A stretch of DNA of 64,000 nucleotides from Balanoglossus misakiensis (Eukaryota; Animalia; Hemichordata): NCBI GenBank assembly GCA_040954595.2, contig CM082579.2, positions 8,917,625-8,981,624 on the forward strand, given 5' to 3'. The position numbers and the translations under genes are program-made. Every line of letters starts with the position of its first letter. Positions within the stretch are counted from its first letter, which is position 1. Below, piece after piece: positions 27,701 through 40,635 of this stretch. The notes below the pieces were generated by a model, which saw nothing but the letters and a program-made list of their open reading frames with translations, had not been told where the DNA came from and searched no databases.

Positions 27701-29103
27701 TTTCTTCATTACTAAATCAGAGTACGGGGTTTGGAGTCAACAGCAGTGTAAATCAACGATAAAAATAGGTCGTTTGCCCCATCTTGAGACCTTAATGGCA
27801 CTTTTTAGATAATTTGTTTCGTGGCAGTTTGGACAGATATACGAGTGTGGTGTTTACTGTCATGATTTTCATTTTTGAGTCCAGCCACATGTTCGACACA
27901 TATCATGCATACTACTTGTGGTTTCAAGTCCCGAGCATGTGAAAGCAACTGATACGCACCCAATCTGCATAAACAGATCAGACAGACCTGGATTTGAAAT
28001 TGGACCTGCGCGTTGCCGGTTAGCTGAAATCACTGACAGAAGTATGATAGTATATGCTACAAGGGAAAGCGCCCTCGACCCAGTCGGCATTTCTGAAGAC
28101 AACCTTTAGAGATCAAACGGTGGCTCCCATGCAATTTGTATTGTGTGTATTAAATTTCACAACTGTTCACATAACCCCGGACCGGCTCTTTCGAACTGTA
28201 GCTTTAAGAGATTGTGTTACTGCCCTTTCTGCCATCGGCGAGTCGCAACATCTGTTAAGTAAAATAAAAACACGAATAACCGACCATTTGGCAAAACGAT
28301 ACTTAGGATTTCATTGCCCCTGCGCTCAGAGAGTTACAGGGTAGTTTCTTGTTCAAGCATCCCAGAGCTGGCCCTCTTAGAAGAAATTATGTCCATGCTT
28401 GTTCCCACAATCGCGAAGAACATTTTTTTTCGTTCACCACCACTGTCCGCTAAAAAAGAAAGAAGGGACACTTTCTCACAAAACTGGCCAGTGAAAGGAA
28501 TAGAATATTCACAAGAAGTTTGACTCTCAAATGTCACATTTCCTCGATAGGGTGTCTTTTTCCCTTTAGCTGTCAGAGATTGACGTATATGCTCTTCCAC
28601 TGTTTTTTTTTTCAATAGACACTGAGTGTTACTTCAGTAGTACGCAGACTGATTACCGAGGCACCGTGGCAACAACCGCGTCCGGTATCGAGTGCCAGAA
28701 GTGGTCAGACCAGGCCCCCCGCAGTCACAGGTTTATCCCGTCGAAACACCCCGGAAAGGGACTCGGGGCCCACAACTTTTGCCGCAACCCAGACAACGAC
28801 GATGACGGCGCCTGGTGCTACACCACCAACTCCACCGTACGATGGGAGCCCTGTCACCTTGGACCACCACAGATCAGCTGCAACAGTAATAACATCAATA
28901 ATATCAAATAATATAAAGTTATTGTATTTTTATTGTGTTCATGAGTCGATATTTCTCCCCGGTGTGTGTTTTCACTTTCTTTTGGCAAACTATGAAAATA
29001 AAGTACACATTAGACAATGAAATTCTGCATGCGGTTATAGTCATGCATAATATGTATGGTGCAACAATAAAGAAGACGACGACAACAACAGCAAAACAAC
29101 AAT

Positions 29104-29141
<38 letters not shown>

Positions 29142-32100
29142 AACGATAACAACAACAATAACTGTCGCAATGGAACTGGAATATCTATCGCTCAAAACTC
29201 ATTTTACCATAGATCTGACGATATCACTTGGTCCCGTGGATAGAATTAAAACGAGGCGACAAACATCAACCCGATCGTCGGAATCTTCAAAGAGTCACCT
29301 AAAGAATATATAAACGCCCTTTTACTAAAATGCAACACGCTATCAATTTCTTATTTTAGTTTCGGAATGCTTCCATGACGAAAACGGTGCAGATTACCGT
29401 GGCACGAAGAATCGCACGAGGTCCGGATTCCTCTGCCAGAAGTGGACCTCCCAGTACCCCCATTCCCACCAAAGAACGCTGGACAACTATCCGGCCGCCG
29501 GCTTGGGCGACCACAACTACTGCAGAAACCCGGACGATTCAGTCACCGCCTGGTGCTACACAACCACCCGATTCAAACGCTGGGAATACTGTGACATAGG
29601 CCACCGCGGCAGTGATTGTGGTAGGTCGATCACTAGACAATGAAACAGTCACGTTCAGGTGTATTCACACATTGCTGTTCCTACGGCTGAGAACATTTTC
29701 TTCTGCCCACAGCAATCGAGAAAATACATGTAGGGTACCGATACAACTTAAAATGCGATTTGTAATTTTTACATTAACGAGCGTGGTCATTTTGAAAACA
29801 AAAGATAGCTAAAATCTGAGGCAGTTTCATTAGCGTACGAAGTGCATGACGTCAAAAGTTGAATGACACGAATTATGAAAATTTACTTCTGGAAAGTATG
29901 GACATCAGTTAAAACGTTCGGCCTCGGATGCGGGTGCATGTACTTTCTTGATCAATATACTCTCTTCCAAGATGATGTTTGCGACTTTGCAGAAGTCAAC
30001 TACACCGGAGCACGTTCACCTAGTGAGCCCTGTTTCTCGTTTTCGTTCTGTTGCAGGGGAAGACTTGGAGAAACCCGGCACGTGCCCACCTCTCAAACAT
30101 GGCGCCGGCCTGTGCGTCAACGAATGTGCCAACGACTACGACTGCGCGGGACACCGGAAGTGCTGCTCTAGTGGATGTGGACAGATCTGCGTCGACGCTG
30201 GTGAGTATAGTGACCTCACCAGGGCTTCGTTCCACCCCAGTCATTTGTTTCCATCGCACATGTACACTTAAAAGAAATCGTGATACGCTTTGTATGATAG
30301 TTACGACAGCTTGCATCCGCGTGAATTTGAGCCGGGTATCTCAAAGCGTTAACACAAAAAATGAGAAAGCTGGTTTTTGGAAGGTTAATTAAATTTCCTG
30401 TCATTTGATAATTGTGTAATGTTCCCCTGTCTAAGCTTTCAGAAAATATACACTTTTAGGGGATTCTGAACTCCAGAATTGTTAATTTCAAAGAGTGAAT
30501 TTCTTATTCTGCATCCTTAACTGGGTCTTGTTTGCGTTTTCTCTAGAATTGTATCATATGACCAAAAGTAACGAAACAATCGAATGATATCTTATTTTAT
30601 TTTACGTATTCATTGAAACGCATTTCTGCCTAATCGTCAACAGTTGCCCCCGTGGAAAAGCCAGGCAGCTGTCCACTCGTTGACAACGATGCTGACGTCA
30701 CCATATGCGTCCATCTGTGCGATACGGACGATGACTGCCTGAGTAGTTTGAAATGTTGCACCAAGGGCTGCTCCTCTGCATGTGTCATACCGGGTAAGTG
30801 GATAGCTATAGCCCAGCTTACAACTAACTTCGCCCCAAAAATTGTCCTCTCCACTAAAAAACATTTAGAGGACGCGAACTCTACAGGCTTCACATGTCAT
30901 AGCATTAAAAGGTACACGGTCACCTCCAATTTGCATAATGTCCAGAAACTGCAAAAATGGCGTATCCGTGTGTTCTAAAGAACGTATTGCGGCGCTCTTT
31001 TAATTGCGCGTGTGCCTATCCAATGAAAATCCCTGATTGGCTGGACCTGAATTTGCCATGTTAACTGTAGTAAATTTGCATAGGTAACCGTATGTACCAT
31101 TAATTATTGCGAGTGTCTCCCCAAGAACCGATATGTCGACAGCTACAATGTATAGGTGGCGCACTCCGCCAAGGAAGTGGCGATTGCGAATAAAGAGGCA
31201 TTTCACAAAATCTTTTTTTTGAAGCTAGAATATCTTTCACTTTCTGTAGTGGGCGTCATAGACAAGCCGGGAGAATGTCCCAGTATCCGACCCAGGCACG
31301 GTCGGCCCTGTCGCCACGCCAGCCACGAGTGTTACAGCGATGACGACTGCCTTCTGTGGCAGAAGTGTTGTTCCAACGGATGCGGTCACGTCTGTGTAAA
31401 CCCAAGTAGGCTAATTGCATTCATGTTACATGTATTTGTATGATGATAATTAAGGATTCCAACGCACGCGTATAACGAGCTGCCTGCTCGGCTGACCCAA
31501 AGCACCATAAAAGCAACGCTGCTATTATAAGATGCTGCCTTTTTTGCGCCCTGGAAAAGTGATAAGTGTTTTGTACAACAAAAAAAACAACGTTCTTACA
31601 AAAGGGACAATGAAGTTACGTTACTAACCACCTGATGCTAAATTCTTTCTGACAACACTTTGTGTGGCGAATTTGAATTTGAATGTATACATGTATATAT
31701 TGCTATCCGTTGTATTTTATGCATAGCTAAAGCAATGAGGCGACCAGGCGTGTGTTCGGCATTACGTGGCAGGTTGACCGAAATATGCGTAGAGATGTGC
31801 GCAGACGATAACGATTGCGATGAAGGCTTGAAATGTTGTAGCAATAGCTGCGGTGGAAGCGTGTGCATACGAGCAGGAGGCATGTAATTAACGCATCTCT
31901 TTGTCTTTATGATATCAGTCATTAGCGCTGGATTGAATGTTACTATAGTGTCCCGGAATACATGGTTACTTTGCAATAACGAGAATGATATCACGATAAT
32001 GCACGGAACTGCAAAATTTACAAAATGTAGCTTAGTATGCTGTACAACGCTCGCTATCGCACGCACATCTTCAAGTTACTAAAGTACCAAAAGTAATGAC

Positions 32101-35100
32101 TTTGGCCATTTAAAGTAAATGTGTGTTTTGGGGCATTTACACGTGACCGATGTACGTTTGATGCAGGCTCGTCGAGACGTGGAGACGATAAAAAGTGTCC
32201 GCCAGTATACAACGGGACAGCTGGCGTATGTGAAGAGCAGTGTTCTGGTCACGCGGACTGCGAGGGAGACCTCAGATGCTGCAGCAATGGGTGTGGCCAC
32301 GTGTGCGTTTCTCCAGGTCTGTGGGAGTCTGTGTGTCGGGGTTTGGGATTTGGTGTTAGCTCAGCTGGACATTTTGTATATTGGTATTATTTTTGTTATA
32401 AAGACCCACAGTCACTGTGTCATATAAACTTTTAAACGCTCTATTTTTATCATATTGCAATTGTCATTTAGTCAGTTCTGTGTGCCTTTTTATGGCGATA
32501 TCTAGTTGGTTTCTGAATATTGATGTCCGAATTTTCTCTGTGTTTATCCCAACTAATCCAAAACAAAATGAATTATGGACCTTTTCTCACCACGACAGAA
32601 ATCCCGCGACCGAAGGATGGAGTTTGCCCTCGGATACCTGATGGCATCGCTGGTGTTTGTGCGCAGCTTTGTGAAGACGATAGCGATTGCGTCGACAGAG
32701 AAAAGTGTTGCTCCAACGGTTGCGGCTTTAGTTGTGTGAAGCCAGGTACGAAGAATCCCCTATCTGTCTAACTAACACATATACTTTGTCTGACTGTTTG
32801 TATACTAGTATGTATGAAGCAACTCTTACAGTTCAAGCTCCTTCTGGCCATACAATAACAAGATATCACTGCAGAACGTAGGGCCAATTAGTAACGTGTA
32901 TACATGTTAAGAAGTTTCTGTCCAAAGAATAAAGAGTAACGTTGACGCGAGATTTTTCGAAATATCTTTTATCCAGAAATCGAAATAATAGGCTTAATGC
33001 CCAAGCCCGGGCAATGTCCACGCTCAGAAGGCATGATTGGCGCATGCGTCGAGGAATGCTCAAGTGACGAGGAGTGTGACGGCGACAAGAAGTGTTGCTC
33101 CAATGGTTGTGGACATGTCTGTGTCTCGCCAGGTATGCGGAATTTTGAGCGTAATTTTGTAATGTAATATGTTAAAATGTTGTATCATCAAAATAGCATG
33201 AAGGGTCCATGGGTTTACCTCGACGCAGTATGGTAAAACACTAGGCTAGCAAAGGAATTCAAAAGAAATGTCTTCGATGTCGTATAACTTAAATTATCGA
33301 TGCGCTAAGTACATGTACTGTAATATCAGTGGTAGTCCGTTAATAAGCAGGCACCAAACAGTCGCATTCGTCATGTGCATGTTTAATATCATGAGTGGTC
33401 AAAGAGCCTGCCACCATCCGTCGATAGAAGCTTAAATGATCCACATACACAATGTATTGTGGTCTGTACTTGATATGTTGAGATTTTGTATCAGCAAAAA
33501 AAATATTGGCTTATTATAACCAATGTTCTGATTTATAAACGTGAAGGTAGAAGCAAGGCCGACGAAAGTGTGGACTCGTCTCCATCCGACGGCGGTGCGG
33601 AGTGTCCAGTCATACCCGCAGGCACTCTTGGTGCGTGTGTCATTGAATGCATGAGTGATGAAGAATGCCGAGGTGGTCGCAGATGCTGCTACAACGGCTG
33701 TGGGCGGACATGCGTCAATACAGGTCAGAAATCATGCATAAATATGTCTTCCTCTGGTATTGTTTTGTGTTTGGTGCATTGTGATAGCCAAGTTGTGTCA
33801 GTTCTTAAATGATTTCGTCGATGGTGTCAAATCTAATGACCAGAGTTGGACGTTTAATGTATAAGCACAGCATGGGTGGATGACTGTACATCGTATACCG
33901 CTTATCGAAGTTGAGCATCGTGATCTTATAAAAACAAGTTAATACATTTAAGCAGGTGTGGCGAGGGAAATTGAAAGTTAATTGGTGACTTTTCTTTTCG
34001 CACATTCAACCAATTCCCAAATGCCAAAGGAGGACATGACGTCATCGTCGGAATACCACAGAAGTCTGGTCAGTGTCCAGCACCACCAGAGGGCGTCATG
34101 GGCGCATGTGTAGAAGAGTGTTCCAGTGACGAAGAGTGTGACGGTGATAAGAAATGTTGTTCCAATGGATGTGGCCATTCGTGTATTAGTCCAGGTGAGC
34201 ATAATGTATAATTTGCAATAATTAAGTTCGCCAATTTTAAGTTGGCCACTAATACTTTCATTAGAGTAAATGCACAATGTATATCTCAGATGTGCAAATT
34301 AGCATTGAAGTATTCGGTTACAATATGCAACTTACGCGATTTGGGTTTGGGAAAGCTTGTAAAGATCATTTTCTCCCATTTCAGCTGGCCGAGGAGTTGG
34401 TGGCGGGAAAAACAAGAGGGACACGGTCGGTCTGCTCCCCAAGAGCGGGCAGTGCCCCGTGGTTCCCGAGGGTGCAGTGGGCTCCTGTGTTCAGGAATGC
34501 AACAGCGACGAAGCGTGTGGGGGAGATCAGAAATGCTGCTCCAATGGGTGTGGACGTCGTTGCACAAATCCAGGTAATAGAACTAGGTCACGTTCGCGAC
34601 TGAAACGGATGCACTCGCATGGTATTCTGGACTCTAAGTATACATTTAATGCAGTTTGATTAGGAAAATTCATCTTTTAATGGAGGGCATCGCAACAACA
34701 TTCTGATCTATCTGAATGTCTACTTCCCGTACAGCTTTTACGACATCCCTTATCATCTCAAGCAGAGGATTTTGAAATGTTACATAGTTTGTGACAAATT
34801 TGGGTTTAGAACCGTTTTGCCTGAGCAGCTTTTGTGTTCGGTACATTGTTATAGCCAATTTGTTGCAGTTTTTAAACGATTTCGTCGATGGTGTCAATCT
34901 AATGACCAGAGTTGGACGTTTAAGGTATAAGCGCAGCATGGGTGGATGTACATCGTATAACACTAATCGAAGTTGAGCATCGTCATCTTATAAAAACAAG
35001 TTAATACATTTAAGCAGGTGTGGCGAGGGAAATTGAAAGTTAATTGGTGACTTTTCTTTTCGCACATTCAACCAAGTCCCTGCCAAAGGAGGACTTGACG

Positions 35101-38100
35101 TCATCGTCGGAATACCACAGAAGTCTGGTCAGTGTCCAGCACCACCAGAGGGCGTCATGGGTGTCTGTGCAGAAGAGTGTTCAAGCGATGAAGCGTGTGA
35201 CGGTGATAAGAAATGTTGTTCCAATGGATGTGGCCATTCTTGTATTAGTCCAGGTGAGCATAATTAGAATTTGCAATAATTAAGTTAACCAATTTTAAGT
35301 TGACCACTAATACTTTCCTTAGAGTAAATTATGCTATTTTGGGAATCCCACATAAGTCTTTTAAATTGGCCTGCACAATGTATATCTCAGATGTAAGCAT
35401 CAGTTCTGATGAAAATATGGCGGTAGCGTCATTTACGTTACTTTTTGCTGCAATTTCTGTTTTTCTTTCTTTATTTTACCAAAATATTGAGACAAATAAT
35501 GGTAATTGTAAGTATTGCAGAGAGTCACGTTTTGTGGGCTCATCAAATTCTACTAAAATTGTTAAAGAATGAGAAGAAATGCCATTTTTGATGACTCAAA
35601 TTTGTCTCTTCTGACTACAGTTGATGTAGCTGTCGGAATCCCCCGAAAGTCTGGTCAGTGTCCTGCACCGCCTGAGGGAGTCATGGGCGCATGTGTAGAA
35701 GAGTGTTCCAGTGACGAAGAGTGTGACGGTGACAAGAAATGTTGTTCCAATGGATGTGGCCATTCTTGTACTAGTCCAGGTGAGCATAGTGTATATTGTG
35801 GATAATGCCAGTTACATTTGACATTCAAGGAAAACGTCAAGTAAGATGCAGCGGTTAACTTAGAAACATTAACCCAAAACTGAAGTATAGGTGGATGTAA
35901 TAGGCAGAAGATGTTCTAAAGATACTCTCTCTTTATCGTTTCTGGTCATAGTTGCCACAGGAGCAGGCATTGATGCCGCTGTTGGAATTCCACAAAAATC
36001 TGGACAGTGTCCAGCACCGCCTGAGGGCGTCATGGGCGCATGTGTAGAAGAATGTTCGAGTGATGAAGAGTGTGATGGGGACAAGAGATGCTGTTCCAAT
36101 GGATGTGGCCATTCTTGTACCAATCCAGGTATGTGTAAATATAATTGACGTGTTTTTCTTCTAGAAATTTTAACGTTCCCGTCAGTCACTGGTTTTTGTC
36201 TTTAGTTGCTATATTTAGGTATTCCGTATAACCTACATTATGTATGAGATCACGTGGAAATTGTGTGACCTGTCACAAAATATTGGCACTTTTCACACAA
36301 AAACCAGTTACCACCAAAATAAACGTGTCTAAACTATAAATTAAGAAAACTTCACTTTCCGATGTGTCTTTTGTTGCCTCAGTTGTCGTTATGGTTGGAA
36401 TTCCACAAAAATCTGGTCAGTGTCCAGCTCCGCCAGAGGGCGTCTTCGGTGTCTGCGCAGAAGAGTGTTCAAGCGATGAAGAGTGCGGTGGGGACAAGAA
36501 ATGCTGTTCGAATGGGTGTGGTCATTCGTGTACTAGTCCAGGTATGTATGGGTTAACTGACGATTAAATATAAATACCAGTCAGTTTAATTTACATTACG
36601 TTTTTTCTGGTGAATATTATACCATAAAATGAATTTCCTTATCTGAAAACAGCTGTTGACGTCATTGTTGGAATACCACGGAAGTCTGGTCAGTGTCCTG
36701 CACCACCAGAGGGCGTCATGGGTGTATGTGCAGAAGAGTGTTCCAGTGATGAAGAATGTGACGGTGATAAAAAATGTTGTTCGAATGGATGTGGCCATTC
36801 TTGTACCAGTCCAGGTATGTGTTAACCTAATGGATATACTGAGTACATGTATTTTGCTACATTTAGGTACATGTATAACAGGGTGAGTGCCTATATGTGG
36901 TTTCATGGAAATTGTCTGACCGGGTTCAAAATGGCGGTGTTTTGACACAGCAAAACCGGTTACCATTCAAATAAACGTGTCTAAACAAATTAAGAAATCT
37001 TCACTTCCTGATGTTTCTATTGTGGCTGCAGTTGACGTCATTGTTGGAATTCCAAGGAAGTCTGGTCAGTGTCCAGCACCACCAGAGGGCGTCTTTGGTG
37101 TCTGTGTAGAAAGGTGTTCCAGTGACGAAGAGTGTGAAGGTGATAAAAAATGTTGTTCCAATGGATGTGGCCACTCGTGTACTAGTCCAGGTAAGCAAAA
37201 TGTATATTGTGGATAGGCCAGTTAGTGACATTGAAGGAAATCCTAAAGTGAGGTGCAACAGTTAATTGGAAAATATCAATCCAAAGACGAAAATAGGGTT
37301 GACTGTAATAGACAGATGTTCTAAAGATAGACCCTCCGTTATCTGTTTCTGACCATAGTTGCCAAAGGAGCAGGCATTGATGCCATTGTCGGAATTCCCC
37401 GGAAGTCTGGTCAGTGTCCAGCACCACCAGAGGGCGTCGTGGGTATCTGCGCAGAAGAGTGTTCCAGTGATGAAGAATGTGATGGGGACAAGAAATGTTG
37501 TTCGAATGGTTGTGGACATTCTTGTGCCAGTCCAGGTGTGTATGAATCTATTGGATGTGTTGTTTCTAGCAATTGTGACGTTTCCGCCAATCACCGTTTT
37601 TCTTCACAATTGCTGCATTTGGAAATTGTGCGACCGGGCAAAAAATGTTGTCATTTTTCAAACACCAAAACTGATTACCACACAAATAAAAATGTCTAAA
37701 GTAATTAAGATATCGTCACTTACTAATTTGTCTCTCCTGGCTGCAGTTGATGTCGTTGTCGGAATTCCCCGGAAGTCTGGACAGTGTCCAGCACCACCAG
37801 AGGGCGTCATGGGTGTCTGTGTAGAAGAGTGTTCCAGTGATGAAGAGTGTGGAGGTGATAAAAAATGTTGTTCCAATGGATGTGGCCATTCGTGTACTAG
37901 TCCAGGTGAGCATAATGTATATTGTGAATAGGTCAGTAAGTGACAGGGATGACTGTAATAAGCCGTATTGTACACCTATACTGCCGAAACCTATGGCACT
38001 GGTCGTACAATAAGATAAGCTCTCTCTCTCTTTCTTTATCGTTTCTGACCATAGTTACCACAGGAGCAGGCATTGATGCCATTGTTGGAATTCCCCGGAA

Positions 38101-40604
38101 GTCCGGACAGTGTCCTACACCGCCTGAGGGCGTCATGGGCGCATGTGTGGAAGAGTGTTCCGGAGATGAAGAGTGTGACGGTGACAAGAAATGTTGCTCC
38201 AATGGATGTGGACATTCTTGTACCAATCCAGGTATGTGGAAATATAATGGATGTGTTTTTCTTCTAGCAATTTTAACGAATTAAGAAACCTTCATTTTCC
38301 GATGTGTCTTTTGTGGCCACAGTTGTCGTTATGGTTGGAATTCCACAAAAATCTGGTCAGTGTCCAGCTCCGCCAGAGGGCGTCTTCGGTGTCTGTGCAG
38401 AAGAGTGTTCCAGTGATGAAGAGTGTGGTGGGGACAAGAAATGTTGTTCCAATGGATGTGGCCATTCTTGTACTAATCCAGGTAAGATAAATCTAACTGT
38501 AGACACTTAAACGTTTGCCCCGTGCAATTCAATTCGCGATTCGAACTCGGACCCACAGTGCCCTATCACATAGCAAGGTATACTCAACGCGTTCCAACGC
38601 GTCGTTTCAATACTATTATTCTAGGTACATTGGGTATTTTACGCACGATATAATGCTAGTAGTGACTATGCAATAAATACTCATATTCCTTTTTTATCTG
38701 ATTCACCCACAGCCGTGGATGTCAACGTTGGAATACCACGGAAGTCTGGTCAGTGTCCTGCACCACCAGAGGGCGTCATGGGTGTCTGTGCAGAAGAGTG
38801 TTCCAGTGACGAAGAGTGTGATGTGGACAAGAAATGTTGTTCCAATGGATGTGGCCATTCGTGCGTGAAACCTGGTGAATACCGATGTGTTGTTTGATTA
38901 TTTATGTATCTATTGGTTAGGAGCAGTATTCCAGGGCTACTGTTGTCCTTATTTAAGCAATGGAAGACCAGAGCATGAAGTTTCTTAAAAGTATACTCAA
39001 CTCTGGACCATTGAGTACGATTTATCCAGAAGGATGAACTTATAGACAGATCCGTTTTTTTTCTGATTTCTTTTCCGGCAAAAGTTGCAGTCGATGTTGG
39101 TATACCACAGAAGTCTGGCCAGTGTCCAGCACCGCCTGAGGGCGTCATGGGCACGTGTGTTGAAGACTGTTCGAGTGACGAAGAGTGTGATGGGGTCAAG
39201 AAATGTTGTTCCAATGGATGTGGTCATTCGTGTACTAATCCAGGTAAGTGTAGATTCATTCAGGACACCCCATCAAATGTTCGATCTTCCGTGGAAGTTT
39301 TATTGCAAACCACAGTGGTTGTGACTGCGCGGAAGGGAGGCGTGGTAACGAAAAATGCCTTTTAATGGTCAGTTGGTCATCACCCCTCTCTTCGTCTTCT
39401 TAAATCACCCATTCTTCCGCAGACGGAGGACTTGATGTCATTGTTGGAATTCCACAAAAAAATGGTCAGTGCCCTGCGGTGCCTGAAGGTGTAATGGGCG
39501 CATGCGTGGAAGAGTGTTCCAGTGATGAAGAGTGTAACGGTGATAAGAAATGCTGTTCGAATGGATGTGGACATGCATGTTCCAAACCTGGTGAGTGCAT
39601 AAGACGTTCGTTCATCCGCCCTCATGCCAATTTTCAACAAAATTCTGAAGTGGCCCTCTGTCATTATTTTGTGGCTGGAACAACCCTTCATAATTGACAT
39701 CAGTATGTAAATTAAGGATGTCGAGAAATCGTCACAAATCTTTTCATTTTTACATAATGTATATAATAAAATGATGAATGGTGCTTTTAGATGAGAAGGT
39801 TGGGAAGAATTTTAGTCTTTGCTAATTGGGAATGCAAAGGGCTATAAAAATAACTTCAATATCTTCACAATGTTTCAGCCAAGATATGACCTTGTCTAAA
39901 AACTATATCAGAGAAAATTACAAATTATTCACAAATTATTAATTGGTATATGAAATGCTTCCGCAGTTTTTTTCAAATTTACTAGACCCAGAAATGACCT
40001 TGACTTGCCTGTTTTTGTCCTGATTCCACTACAGTTGAAATCATTGGCGAGTGTCCTGTAGTGCAAGAAGGTGTCATGGGCGCATGTGTGGAAGAGTGTT
40101 CCAGTGATGAAGAGTGTGGCGGTAAGAAGAAATGTTGCTCGAATGGATGTGGACATTCGTGTACAAAACCTGGTAAGTCAGCAATATGCCGAATCTGCGC
40201 AGCGAAGGACATTGCACTCGCATGAGCATGTAAAAAACGGGGATTGAGATTCCATCCATCTTCATTAACTCTCAGGTCTTATGCATTTAAGTGTCGTAGA
40301 TCTTTCACCAAGCATATGTCCATGAGCGTATGCTCGTGTCCTGTTTCGCACAAAAGTCGTATGTGATTTGTTAAATAACTAGTGAATCGAACTGGACACG
40401 ATTTTTTTTTTATGTTGGTGTTATTGTTGTTTGGTAAAGTTCTGTTGTAGATACTCACACATCAGCTTATTTTTTTATTTTTCAGTCACAGCCTATAATG
40501 GTGCAGGTATGTACTTTTTAAATTATACTGTCCTACATACATACATACATACATACATACATACATACATACATACATACATACATACATACATACATAC
40601 ATAA

Positions 40605-40635
<31 letters not shown>

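Noticed and set aside
38530-38600. B-box-like GATTCGAAC (also ~59749) suggesting extra tRNAs
   Set aside because: No cloverleaf or acceptor stem; at most SINE relics.
34030-39590. Repeat-spacer pattern resembling a CRISPR array
   Set aside because: Repeats are ~160-nt coding exons bounded by AG/GT, the spacers are introns, and there are no cas genes.
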